NCBI GenBank assembly: GCA_951406725.2
Contig: OX597819.1
Location: 67,642,001-67,706,000 of the forward strand
DNA length: 64,000 nucleotides
Direction: 5' to 3'
Origin: Octopus vulgaris
Lineage: Eukaryota
Numbering within the stretch: position 1 is the stretch's first letter; each line of letters begins with the position of its first letter. The position numbers and the translations under genes were made by a program. Of this stretch, positions 39,292 through 52,865 are shown piece after piece. Below the pieces are notes generated by a model. The model saw only the letters and a list, made by a program, of their open reading frames with translations. It did no database searches and had not been told where the DNA came from.

Positions 39292-39930
39292 TATGTATGT
39301 ATGTATATATACACGAGTCCGAATTAATTTTATATATATACATCGTCAGTAAATCATAAATCCTAAGGAGAAGCACATTCTAATTTATTGAGCAGTAGTA
39401 ATTATAATAAAAAATAGTTATGGCCCGCTTAGAGTCTACTTGGGTTTACGCCTTAAAACTTTTTAGCTGTACAGCGTCTTTTCACCGTCCATTAATGTTT
39501 GAAGATCGCTTTGGGAACAGAATCCAGGAGTTACCCCATTCGGCCGGTGATAGCCATGCTTCTCCAATATATATGATGATGAACTCTCTTGCCGTGAACG
39601 GCAAATTTGAGTTCAGTGAAACGTACTATGGACATAAATATGTCCCTTGAGACCTGCTGGTACCTTCAAAACCCTTTGGCAAATGGAACAAATTGAGGAC
39701 TCACGTTGTTTAAGGATCATATACTATGTGTTTTCGTAAGTGGATGACAAGGCTTGATTGCATCGGACCACAAAGCCATAATCACGGGTAATGCTTCCAT
39801 TTAATTGAAGCAGTATTTTGACGGCGTGCCATGATGCCTGCAAAAATCTGGTCCTGGTGATGGAGTCGTCTTTGCTCAAATTTTTTAATTAAGAAGCATA
39901 GCTGTTGCCAGACCCTGCGCCCTGTTACTT

Positions 39931-40010
<80 letters not shown>

Positions 40011-40288
40011 ATTAGAAATTTGATATAAATTTAATTAACATCAATTTCACACCAGTGGTCCAGCATATAAAGAAACTTAATGTTCAGTAAAATTGTGTTA
40101 TATACATATGTATTGTATACATTACGTAATATGTATGTGGATAATCCATATTTTTATTGCTTTTCTTTTGTCTTGCTCGATTACGTTTTGGTTGTTCTGC
40201 TGCATTTTTCTTGCGATCATTTCTTAGTGGTAGGACCATAGCGGACCTACTTCTAGCATGAGGGTATCCACATAGTGGTTTCCCTCTC

Positions 40289-40374
<86 letters not shown>

Positions 40375-40472
40375 ATATATCTATATATGTATGCATATGT
40401 GTTCATATATATGTATGCATATATATATATATATACATGTATATATGCATATATGTGTGTACGTGCGTGTAG

Positions 40473-40510
<38 letters not shown>

Positions 40511-40512
40511 AT

Positions 40513-41830
40513 AAGATAAGGGAAGAAATGGAGCAACAGTTAACAATTTGAAGTTGATCATTAGTACCGAATGATCATAGTTTAATGATGGTTAAGATAA
40601 CATTTACAGCTGTTTCAGTTTATATTTTTGTGGTAAGTTTGAGTTTGTCTCGTTCCATGTAACAAATATTATCAGAATGATTTGAACTTTGCCCGAGGGA
40701 TATTGGCAGATCGAAGTCTGACGGAATAAAAAAGGGAAAAAAAGCAAAGTAAAAGAAAAAGGAAAAAAGAAAAAAGAAAAGTTCGAATGGTCTTTAGGCT
40801 TAAATTTTTGTGTTCTGAAAAATGGTACGTGGTTAAACAGTTGCTCAAGCAGCTGAATAGTAAAAAGTGAAAAACTACAGAAGGCTTGTTTTAAAAGGTT
40901 AAAAATTATATATTTGAGTCATAAGTCTGAAGAATGTTATAAATTTTTTTCATACAATGACATAGTTTTTGAAGAAATGACCGGTTTTGCGTTCAGCTTT
41001 TCAAAGTGTGAAAAATAGTTCCAGATAAGGGGAGGTAATAAGTGATTTCTTCCGGTGTAAGGGAGATAACTGCTTAATATTTCTTGCCTTTTTGGGGGAG
41101 TGAGTTTCTCTGTATAAGAATGTTGGAATGGTTGAGTTTGGGCTTGTATTTTTCAATGAAGAATGTTTCCTTGTTTAGTCTAATTTGTGTTGGTGTTCCG
41201 ATCACATCTAATTTTACTTGTACTTCTGCAAACATAATTTATGTCATAAAATGCTCAGGCTGCCACCAAAACTACATGGGTCCACGTGACTATCACTCAG
41301 ACGTAGATGCACACTGCATCGACAACAGATTGCATTCCCAGAATACAGAATGATACCCTTTAGTGAGCACATTGAGAAATGCGCAAAGCAACTACTACCA
41401 CAATTCTTAATCTTTCCATTTTACCAATGTGCTATCGGAACACCTACACAAATTAGACTAATCAAGGAAACATTCTTCATTGAAAAATACAAGCCCAAAC
41501 TCAACCATTCCAACATTCTTATACAGAGAAACTCACTCCCCCAAAAAGGCAAGAAATATTAAGCGATTATCTCCCTTACACCGGAAGAAATCACTTATTA
41601 CCTCCCCTTATCTGGAACTATTTTTCACACCTCTCAACGTAAACATAACGATGTAAGAAATTTGAAAAGCTGAACGCAAAACCGGTCATTTCTTCAAAAA
41701 CTACGTCATTGTATGAAAAAAATTTATAACATTCTTCAGACATAATGACTCAAATATATATTTTTTAACCTTTTAAAACAAGCATTCTGTAGTCTTTTCA
41801 CTTTTTACTATTTTCTATATATTCAACCAC
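40513..41830 (+). mobile_element. PLE 3' remnant: GIY-YIG fragment in the centre of a ~345-bp-arm inverted repeat
   Basis: 41203-41510 encodes NFTCTSANIIYVIKCSGCHQNYMG...HRQQI...IFPFYQ...KETFFIEKYKPKLN (related to the 6696 ORF); 40858-41202 is inverted against 41434-41811; decayed hammerhead on minus strand at 40601-40679. Confidence 0.85.
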
Positions 41831-41855
41831 GTGCTTTCACACACCAACTTTCTCA

Positions 41856-41929
<74 letters not shown>

Positions 41930-41964
41930 CAGAGAGAGAGAGACAGAGAGAGAGACAGAGAGTG

Positions 41965-42239
41965 GGGCGTAAAATTCCCCCTTCGGTAAAGTTCCCCCTT
42001 CAGTCATTCCTGACCATGCCATTGCACCTAATAAGTTCCCTCCCGCCAGGTAAGGTTGTTTATGGAAGACTAGCAGCTGCGTGTGCATATCTGCCTCCCT
42101 GTCCACTCCACCGATTTTATTCACGATAAATGTGAAGGCCGCTAAGCACAGCTTATCTGTGACATGTGATGTCGCAACCCATTTCTACAGCTGAGTGAAC
42201 TGTAGCAACGTGAAATAACGTGTCTTGCTGAAGAACACA

Positions 42240-42245
<6 letters not shown>
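41965..42245 (-). mobile_element. SINE-like element (fourth family)
   Basis: Minus strand gtgttcttcagcaagacacgttatttcacgttgctacagttcactcagctgtagaaatggg...catggtcaggaatgactgaaggggg. Confidence 0.55.
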
Positions 42246-42286
<41 letters not shown>

Positions 42287-42409
42287 TGTGGATCTGGGGT
42301 GTATGTGTACATGAAATTGTATCCTTTACTCGTTTTATAAATTCACAAAATTAATTTAAGCCTACGAATGTTCACCAAAATTATTACTATCTTATATACA
42401 CGTCTAGAT

Positions 42410-43080
42410 CGGTATAAATAATTCCTCAATACCAAACAGAATCTGGATAACCAATTCCACAAACAGTACTAAAATATTTCGTTATACGTTATATTTTCAT
42501 AACTTTATTGAGATTTGGAAATTTCAGTGGTTTTGCTGTTATTGAAATGACTTTAAAGGAGAGAAACGCGTCAGACCAAAATGGTTGCTCCCTATCTCAG
42601 TTGCTTGGGATGTGTGTATTTGATCATAGTCTGTCTAAGCTGGATGAGATATCTAAGTTATTCATTTATTTTCAAAATGCGGATTCAGAACGTTGTTTCA
42701 ATATGCGATTTTTAACAGAATTGCTTTCACACTTGACATATATTTCTTATGGCTATTCGTAGTTATATCCCTGGAATGTCTGTAAACAATTTACGCTTCA
42801 TTTTCGCCGCCATATTTTTTCTAATACACACAAACCATACACTGTTATGTTCAATCGCCTTATTTCTGCCTCCATAACAAACTTATTAATTTCACTACAG
42901 CCAAATAATATAACATAACTTTTGTCTTTCGTCCGTATTTATTCATTCATACCATGGGGGATTTTAATAGCTAATTCGGTTTCCTTGGTTCATAAGCTAG
43001 GGAAAGACTAAACTTCAGACAACAAAATCAACGCAACATCTCGAAACGGAAAAATAAAACAACTATGTTTTTGCTTTAAT
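42410..43080 (+). pseudogene. Degenerate GPCR paralogue (TM1 to ICL3)
   Basis: tttggaaatttcagtggttttgctgttattg, gttatatccctggaatgt, aaaccatac, tattcattcatacca and caacgcaacatctcg match the 35055 gene; multiple stops and frameshifts. Confidence 0.8.
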
Positions 43081-43302
43081 GTCGCGGGAAGGATTTTGCA
43101 TATATTTCGACATCTATACGGTATTAAATATTTTGAATCTGATTAACAACGGGTTTCCTTTTCGTGCACTTTTCTATCGGGACTATAGTCTGATTAGAAT
43201 ATTTCTCTATATAATATAAATCATCACAATCTTATTTTACATCATTTATTGGACTTGCTGTCTAAGAAATTCATGGTCCGTAAATGTTTTTCGCAGTTTT
43301 AA

Positions 43303-43552
43303 TATTGGATTGGTGCATAATTATTGCGGCTCTTTTTTTTCAAGAAATTTTATTCAACACAAACAATAACAATATTTAGCAAAAACACATTTAAAGGAGG
43401 ATCTGGCCTTCTGCCAAACAAATGGGAATTGAAGTAGATGGTGAATATGCTCTGGAATAATCATTTAAAGGTGTTTTTGTTACAAGTTGTTATTGTTTTT
43501 GTTGAATAACGTTTGTTGAAAACAGCCACAAAGATTATGCACCAACCCAATA
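43303..43552. mobile_element. Mariner-type MITE
   Basis: TIRs tattggattggtgcataattattgcggct and agccacaaagattatgcaccaacccaata. Confidence 0.75.
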
Positions 43553-43769
43553 TAATTTACTACTCATAAAATATTAGTGGATGGATATTTTTCGTCATAT
43601 CAAATTTAGTTATTCGAGATTTCAGCTTAATATTCAGCTAATTTCTTTTATGTTTCCTTCGTTTAAACAAATGTTTATATAGTTAAAAATATAATTATTA
43701 AGTCTATTTCAGCAGTACCGGTACTGTAAACTTGTTAGGTAATTGGCTCTGAGAATACATTGAAATATT

Positions 43770-44345
43770 GGTTTCAAAGTTTAGCAAGAGGCCAGTAATT
43801 TAGGAATATGGGTAAGTCGATAACACCGACCCCATGAAAGGATGAAAGGCAAAGTTAACATCGGCTGCATTTGAACTTAGAACATTCTATTTTTCTACTT
43901 TAGGCACAAGGCCCGAAATTTGGAGGAGGGGGCCAGTCGATTACATCATCCCCAGTCCTCAACTCGTACTTAATTTATCGATCCGCGAAAGTGTGAGAGG
44001 CAAAGTCGACCTCGGCAGAATTTGAACTCAGACCATAAAGACAGACGAAATGCCGCTAAGCATTTCGCCCGGCGTGCTCACGATTCTTCCAGCTCGCCGG
44101 CTTAGATATTTTAAAATATTAAAGGTAAATGGATATCAGGCGGCGGTTCGGCAGAATTGCTAGCTCTCCAGTTAAAATGCCTCGTGCCATTACGTCCATT
44201 TTTACATTCTGAGTCCAGACTCCACCGAGGTTGGCTTTGCTTTCAGTTAGTTCGGGGTCCATAAAACAAGGACCAGCTGAGCACTTGGTTTGACGTAATT
44301 GACTTATTCCATCCCTCGAAATTACATGATTTCTGCCAAAATTTG
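43770..44345. mobile_element. Cluster of SINE family A copies (43770-43885 minus, 43891-44103 minus, 44139-44345 plus)
   Basis: 43891-44103 is a near-complete reverse complement of 23527-23742; a diverged head-to-head copy starts ggcggcggttcggcagaattgctagc. Confidence 0.8.
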
Positions 44346-44442
44346 TAACCAACATGTTGGATGGATATAGTTTCTCACAAAACAAGTGATACCAACTAAA
44401 AAAATATTTAGAAATAAATCATAAAGATGATAGTTTGGGATT

Positions 44443-44599
44443 GGATTGGCTGTGTGGTAAGTAGCTTGCTTACTAACCGCATGATTCTGGGTTCAGTCCC
44501 ACTACTTGGCACCTTGGGGAAGTGTCTTCTACTATAACCTCGGGTGGACCAAAGCCTTGCGAGTGGATTTGGTAAACAGAAACTGAAAGAAGCCCGTCG

Positions 44600-44664
<65 letters not shown>

Positions 44665-44850
44665 GTGTATGTGTGTATGTTTGTGTGTCTGTGTTTTTTC
44701 CCTCAGAATCGTTTGACAACTGATGCTGGTGTGTTTACATCCCGTCAGTTAGCGTTTCGGCAAGAGAGACAAATAGAATAAGTACTAGATTTTCTCGACT
44801 AACGGTGATGCTCCAGCATGGCCGCAGTCAAATAACCGAAACAAATAAAA
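44443..44850 (+). mobile_element. Full SINE family B with internal (TA)n(GT)n
   Basis: tggctgtgtggtaag A-box-like, gggttcagtccc B-box-like; tail cggtgatgctccagcatggccgcagtcaaataaccgaaac. Confidence 0.85.
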
Positions 44851-45347
44851 GAAAGAAAAGGAAGATAATGCAGGTAAAATGAACATAAAGCAGCCGTAGG
44901 AAGTTAAAGCATAAGACATGGAAATGAGCGAGAATAAGTCACTAACCGAAAAAAGTGGATCTATTGTTTAGTAAAATACTATTTACTTGGTTAAGCCAAA
45001 ATAACTCAAATTGTTCAAATACTAAGAAATAAGCATACTCAATTTGATTTATGCGAAATAATTTACGTATATGGATGGGTTATTTCCCTTGGCTATATAT
45101 AAGGATCCCTTTCAGGAGCTAATGGTTTACTTCCCTTGAATGTTTAAAAATAATATGTTAGTTATACGTAGTAGATATAAGAATCCCTTCCCGGGGCCCT
45201 ATTATCTAATTTTTCAACTATCTAAACGTGTAGTGTTCCAGACATGAGTTCTAATGACGTGTCAAGTTTCATCAAATTCGATTACACGATGTAGGGGAAG
45301 TTAGATAACAACGCCACAAACAAGGACACACCGATTTTCCACATATG

Positions 45348-45416
<69 letters not shown>

Positions 45417-45623
45417 CAAAGATTTCAATATTCACTGAAACTACTAGTCTATCAAAACTAAACGAGATAGATGTAAACCAGTCAAGTGTAACTTAATTTT
45501 TAATAAAATCCTCTTTTTAGACAACGTTTAGCTCTTGAAGACTAAATTTTTAGTACTAAAATTTGAGAAGAGCCACACTGATATATATATATATATGTAA
45601 ATGTGTGTGTGTATGTATATATA

Positions 45624-45660
<37 letters not shown>

Positions 45661-45690
45661 GTGTGTGTGTGTATGTATATATATGCTTTA

Positions 45691-45816
<126 letters not shown>

Positions 45817-46435
45817 ATGCCAAAACCGCAAGGTAAAAGTGGATGTAAGAGGAATCCAGGCGAACAGATGTAGCGATATTTATGCAGATAAACAACTTAT
45901 ATATAATAACTTGGTATTTATATACAAAATATATATACACATGTGTACATGAAAACATATGATTAACAAAGAGTGAAGATTTTCAGACGATGAATATGTA
46001 AATGTAAATGTAAATGTATAGATATTTATATATTTATAGACCAAAATTACGTTGAGTACAAACGACTCACAAGATTGGATATAATGAGGTAAGTTATTAC
46101 AAGTCAGACAACTGTTTCTCGCGCCTCGGAAATCCATCATGACGTTGGTAGATGCAATTCACCAAAATATGCAGCCGGTAATGGAAGCAAATAAACATTT
46201 AATAAATCGGGCCTCGTATTTTTTGATGCATGTTTGCATCTGATTCATCATTCTTTCAACTTCGTTTGTTGTATTTTTACAAGCTGATCGTTTCCTGAAA
46301 ATTTCAAACGACTATGTTTTGGTAAGTCCACATTTACATTGCTATACATCATAAGGTAAGTAATGTTTTACATGGTATTTCAAATGAGATATTTATAGGT
46401 TTCCTCGATCTCTGTTAACTTCTGTTTATATGAAC

Positions 46436-46495
<60 letters not shown>

Positions 46496-46937
46496 TCCAA
46501 CATACGTATAATTGCTTGACTCAGTTCGCTTGTTGTTTATCTATTTATCCTTCGATTACTCTATATATCTAGAAGATGAGTGTGATGATGATGATGAGCA
46601 GGATGAGGAGGAGGTGAGAAGGATTCTCATGAGGATGGGAAATACGATGTTGACATTAGTAGCACCAATAACGTATATATTCCAAAAAGTCCATTTTTGC
46701 GTAATATACGTAAAAATGATGTAAAGTTATATAATACATTAGACTAAATAAAAAAGAACGATGGGAGATACACTACCATCAAATTATGTAGGCGATAATT
46801 AGTGTATGCTGAGCGAAAAATATGCAGTATTGTTGATTAATATGGACATGCATCAGTATCTACCGACCTAACTATCTTTGTATCTATATATCTATTTATC
46901 TGACTATCTATCTACCCATCTATCTAAAAACACACAA

Positions 46938-47006
<69 letters not shown>

Positions 47007-47013
<7 letters not shown>

Positions 47014-47271
47014 ATCACGTGACCGACCAGTCCATCAGATGTTGCTACACATCGGTGGTCACAATGCGTTCGCATTGTTTTAGCCTTTGAATGACGCCAC
47101 CCCGCTGGCTAAGCGAGCAGGCCAACAGTAGAGTGTGAGAAAGAGTGATGAAAGAGTACAGCAGGGATCACCAGCCACTGCCGGAGCCTCGTGGAGCTTT
47201 TAGGTGTTTTCGTTCAATACTGCGATCCTACGACCGCGAGTCTGCTGCCCTAACCACTGGCCATTGCGCCT

Positions 47272-47273
<2 letters not shown>
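47007..47273 (-). mobile_element. tRNA-derived SINE family C
   Basis: Minus-strand head ggaggcgcaatggccagtggttagggcagcagactcgcggtcgtaggatcgc; ends ggtcacgtgatcacgtga. Confidence 0.75.
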
Positions 47274-47336
<63 letters not shown>

Positions 47337-47349
47337 TAGATAGAGAGAG

Positions 47350-47481
<132 letters not shown>

Positions 47482-48039
47482 AGATAGAGAGATGGTTTCA
47501 GATTCATAAATTGAGAAGAGAAAATATAATGGATTTGACTTGATTCCAATCCATAATATAATCTCGCAGAATCAATTGATTCGTATTACAATTGAAGTCA
47601 TACATCTGGTGAAACTTGGAATTAGATAAGTGCATGTAATCCTCTGATATTATTCAGATTAAAGACAAAATATGCAAATGCTACTTATATCAACGTCACA
47701 AAAATTGATGTAAACTACGTGTTTGATTTCAGAGTATAATAGGGATTATGATTTGAAACCTTCTGACGACGTAATGAACGAAATGAATAGCGTGCAGCTA
47801 TACTCGGATTCATATCTAACTTACTTGCAATTGCAACTTGCGTTACACTATATGAGTCAGCACGAAATGGAGTTGAAATAAATTGGTTTATATTTGAGAA
47901 GCTCCACAGGATTTAAATGCAGGTCGAGTAATCGAGTCAAATGAAATTTCAAGATATAATTTCAAATATTGCTCAGTAACATAAAGCAATAAAATAATAA
48001 AAGTGTCACCCATATTGTTTATGTTTAAAACAATAAAAT

Positions 48040-49890
48040 CTTTATTTCTTTTCCTTAGAATAAGTGTTCTTGGTGACATGCACAGTACAAAGATCAATGG
48101 CGACAAACAGTCCCCTTGGAAGATCCCTTTGCTGAAACTTTCTCAATATGCCGAAACTTCTATATGCTGTCAATTCCGTCCTCCAATTTGCCATAATTTT
48201 TCCAAACAATCGCACAAAATTCGATGCTATACCAAATATATTATAATCCAAGAATTTTGGATTATACCGTATGCCTGACGATAATCGATCCATGTCATGG
48301 CTGAGTTACTTTTCTTCCTCTTGCAGCCTCTGAGTACAGTTTTGCCTATCAGGAGTTGATCCTTTGTACCTCTGCATTTACGCTTGCACTACTTCTGCTC
48401 ATGTGGCAGCACTCCATTGTTTTCCAGATGTCCGTACATTGGCTCTGCAAATATTCCAGTCAATAATTTCCACAAATGTAGCAAGAATATCGGCCTGTAA
48501 TTGTCTACCGTATTGTCTTTTTCGATGTTTTTCAAGAATAACACTGTCCTACCCATTGTCAACGACTCTGTTGTTAGTTGGTCGGCATGTAACAAGGTGT
48601 TGAGTTGTACTGCTATTCGTGCATGATATTCTTTTGATCCAGTTGCCTTGAACTCCATCTGGTCCCGAGGGCTTCCAGTTCTCCATTTTATGGTTGATTT
48701 CCTTCACTTCCCCAACTGCCTATTTCGGACAGACTACTGTTTGTCTTATTTCTTGCAACCTTTCAGCATCCGTCTTGTGCTCCTTATCTTTGCTCCAATA
48801 TCACTCCAAAACCTTTGACTTTCAATGTTATCTGGTATCAACTTTTGATTTATACACTCTCCATATATTCCTTTGTAGAATATATTCTGATTTAGTCTGA
48901 ATAAACTATTCTACTCGTATCCCTTCATTATTTTGTCGTCTCTTACCATCATTGCTTTCTTTGCAACGAGGCGCTGTTTCAGTTCCTCCATTACCAATTT
49001 CAAGCCCTTTCTTTCAATATCATACTTCCTGTTCAGTGCCCTGTATTGTTGTTCTCTTTTCGATCTAACACAGAGAAGTCTTTCAAGAGCATATCTAACC
49101 CCACCTGCATTCTTCTTTTCCGACATTTATCTTTTCTTTAGTCACTCCCATTATACTTCTTTTCCTTGACATCATACCTGCATTTTCTGCTACAACAATA
49201 CTTGTTGCCTTGATTAAATTGTTGGTTTCTGTGGTGTTTTTTTAGGATTTCAGAGTTTCATTCACATTTTTCGTTTCTTGGTTCAATTTCCACCGATCAA
49301 ACTTTTTAAAGTGCAAATAATATCGCCATCGTTCTCCTTTAATCTAACCTTTATTCTGTCGTAGATTGCCTTTTGCCCATCTGCCATGCTACCATTAATT
49401 TTATTGTCCTCTTCCAAACTACCTATATGTCACTAATCGAGCAAGCTATCATTGTTACTTTACTGTGTTTATGAGAAATTTCCCTTCTGTTTTCTGCTAT
49501 GGGATTACTTTTATCTGTAAGAACGATATTTTAATCGTTTCCCCAACTGCTATACTCCAATGCCCGTCATTCTATAGCTTCGAGCTCTACTTCTGTGAAC
49601 CAACGATTTTTTTCTTATTGCTCTAGCTTGATCACATAAGTTGAAACAATCCCCTTTCTCTGCATTGATCATACATACGTTGTCGGTATACCCAAATATG
49701 TCCACCATTTTCATCTACAGGGTTGCTCAGATAGTAATATTCTATGACCACAGCAGCGACTTGTTTATTCCATCTACGCATGTGGGCTGGTCCATTGCTG
49801 GAAACCGGCCAGTATGTGTGAGCCTACAGGGTGCAACACTGTTACCGTCAAAGCCTTCCGTTTCATTACCACCGTTATTCACAATAATTT
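48040..49890 (-). mobile_element. Degenerate R4/Dong-like element (N-terminal region and RT)
   Basis: NYRPIFLLHLWKLLTGI, QRDLPRGLF (frameshifted GIFQGDCLSPLIFVLCM), EELKQRL.AK; many disablements. Confidence 0.8.
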
Positions 49891-50547
49891 GTTTTTTCAT
49901 TGTCACTCATATGAGGTAGCGATTATCAGATTGTGCAATTAACAGTGTTTTTATTGATGCCATCATAGATGTATCATCTATCAGGACATGTAGAGATTCG
50001 AACCACTTGCTTTCATTAATACTATTATCATCACTGCTATTATTTTCATATTTTACTGTTGCCATTATTAATATTTACTCTAATCCGACATGGGATTTGG
50101 CTAATTGCCATTAACACTCTCTTATTAGCACTAGGCTACGAGTCTTATCTGCTAGCGTATAAGCAAATAAATGTATTGAAACGAGACAAAGAAATAAGCA
50201 AAAAGCTAATATACACACACATGCACACATATATATATATATATATATACATAGTTGTTTAATGTTTTTGATCAATAATGACTTGTTTTTATTCAAGTTA
50301 ATTTTTGGTATGTGTGCAATTGTTAATAAGTTACTTAATGTTATTTCGAAATATTAAAACGTATTCATGTAAAACTGGGATGCGAACGAAGTTAATTAGT
50401 ATACCTACTTTCGTGTTTGTGATGTGTACTTAATCAGATATCAATCAATAAGGACTTACTTTGATATAGTCCAACACTTTTAATTAGTATTACTTACACG
50501 GTTGTAGTCCAGCGCTTTGTCCGTGTGGCGAGCGTTTTGTTGTTGCC

Positions 50548-50608
50548 ATCATCATCATCCTCCTCCTCCTCCTCCTCCTCCTCTTCATCATCATCATCAT
50601 CATCCTCC

Positions 50609-50651
<43 letters not shown>

Positions 50652-50652
50652 T
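50548..50652. repeat. (CAT)n/(CCT)n microsatellite
   Basis: Directly visible. Confidence 0.95.
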
Positions 50653-50689
50653 ATAAATATTTCCCTTTATCACGGGTTTTGTTGAAAAT

Positions 50690-51605
50690 CCTCGAGTCTT
50701 TCATGAGTTTCGGACTTAATACCTGCAGCCTAGGGTAATATGTTATGCCTTCTTTGCAGCTATCTAATACTTTCCCGATTATTCTGGCAGTGCTGAGGAG
50801 GCAAATCTTTTGTAACTGGTCCAGTCTATTCTAATTTCCTTTATATTTCTCAGGATGGTTTTATTATCATTATTATTATCATTGCTTTTACACAGCTTCT
50901 AATGCTGGAGATGTACTAGACTATCAGCTGTTCACTATCAGCAAACTAAGGTAACACCTCTTATTTTTCCAGCACATTCCGAAGTATTCGAGTGGTTCCA
51001 AGCAGTACTGTTAGTTCCCTGTTAGTTCCACGTACTTCTCGAGATTTTTTTATCACTCTTCTCAGGGCTCCGACAATTATTGGTACTACTGCTACCTTTT
51101 TCATCGACCACAACTGGTTAACGTCCCAAGCTAACTTGTCATATCGCTCAAATTTTCTTCTTCATTATCGCATACCTTGTTGTCAGCTGGGCATGCTATA
51201 TCTTTGATCCAGCATAGTATATTTTCTTTCTCAATTAAGACTATGTCTGGCTTCCAATTCTCTATCTCATTGTCGCACTGAATCTTAAAATCTTAAAGGA
51301 TCTTTGCATTTCTATGTTCGACGAAGCCTTCAGGTTTGTTGTCGTACCAATTTTTCGCTGTCAAATCCATACTTGTTATAATGGACAGGCGTGGCTATAT
51401 CGTCGTGGCGTTTCCTATATTCCTTCTGGGCTAGTGGTGTATATTCACTGGTAATATGCCATATGGTTTTACTTTTTTGTCCATAGATTCTGCACTTAAC
51501 ACTTTCTGCTGTGTTGTCTATCTGTATTTTATGTAGTTTGTTCTTAGTGCTTGTTCTTAGGTAGCACAGATTAGAGCCTCCGTTTCCGGTTTTAAATCAC
51601 TTTTA
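50690..51605 (-). mobile_element. Two stacked R4/Dong-like 3' fragments
   Basis: KPETEALICAT..QALRTN, RHDD, KPDIVL, TVLLGTTRILRNVLEK* (50884-51605); LQKICLLSTARIIGKVL (50760-50860). Confidence 0.72.
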
Positions 51606-51610
51606 TGATA

Positions 51611-51669
<59 letters not shown>

Positions 51670-51670
<1 letters not shown>

Positions 51671-52122
51671 GAGTGACAGAGCAGTGCATGCCATCAAAGT
51701 GACACTGTGGTAAAATATACGAAGCCCAGTATACACATCATGACTACCCGTCTGATAAGGGTACACCAAGCACATGCATCAAAACCAAATCTGCGCGACG
51801 TGGTGATCTCATAACAAGATAAACAACGCATGACCTTGCGGGTGGAGCCCAGTTAGAATTTTCTTTTGGTTGGGTAACCCATCCCACTCAAAAGGCCCCT
51901 GATTAAGGGTTGTTTAGGATGTTGAATGAAACACTCATGTTTCCAGAGCTGAATCAGTCAAACCCCAAAGAATCCCTCTCAACACATGGCTCCGATGCTC
52001 CCCCATTACTTCTACTCGTGATCAGAGATGCACATATCGTCAGCCACTAAGGGACATGCTCAACTGGTTAAGGTCAAACAACTGACAAGCAAATCTGTGG
52101 TATCGAGCAGAGTATTTGCTGT
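51670..52122 (-). mobile_element. 5'-truncated copy of the 5529-6069 non-coding element, between (TTA)n tracts
   Basis: tgagtgacagagcagtgcatgccatcaaagtgacact is the reverse complement of 6034-6070; (TTA)n at 51611-51670 and 52125-52275. Confidence 0.85.
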
Positions 52123-52125
52123 TAC

Positions 52126-52255
<130 letters not shown>

Positions 52256-52275
52256 ATTATCATTATTATTATTAT

Positions 52276-52740
52276 ATGTCTGCACTTTTCTTCATAATTG
52301 TACAAGTTAATTCAAAGTCTCACTCTGAGAACTCCACAGGCAACAATTTAGGAGTTCAAATTGATGTTCTAGAGAACGTTTAAGAAAACATAAAAAAATT
52401 ATGAGTTTGTTTAAAATGCGAGATTACATAGACGGTATTTTACGTAAGATATAGGCAGCCCGCATGGACTCTATCGTTGAATTTCTGCAATTTTGGGTCT
52501 TTCTTCTAACATGTAGCAATCAGCCCCTTTTGCAATCATTCTTGGGTAATAGATAGTGTTTTAGTCTTCAGTTTCCACATTTTGTCAATTTCTATTTGAA
52601 GATCTTTATACTTGCTCACTTTTCGGTATGTCTTGAAGGATATATTTATGTCGATTGGGACAGCCTTATCGAGGAAGATGCTTGATCTTTGAGTGTAGTC
52701 CTTCAATAAAATGTCTGCCATATCATTTGTATTATCTCTC
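52276..52740 (-). mobile_element. R4/Dong-like RLE 3' fragment related to the 3751 element
   Basis: DILLKDY...VPIDINISFKTYRKVSKYKDLQIEIDKMWKLKTKT. Confidence 0.8.
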
Positions 52741-52765
52741 TCACTATATATATATATATACATTT

Positions 52766-52865
<100 letters not shown>

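Noticed and set aside
39350-39930. GC-richer island, possibly a TE fragment or exon
   Set aside because: No motif or second copy recognised.
47220-47273. Possible tRNA gene
   Set aside because: Only a tRNA-like SINE head; no complete cloverleaf and it continues into SINE body sequence.
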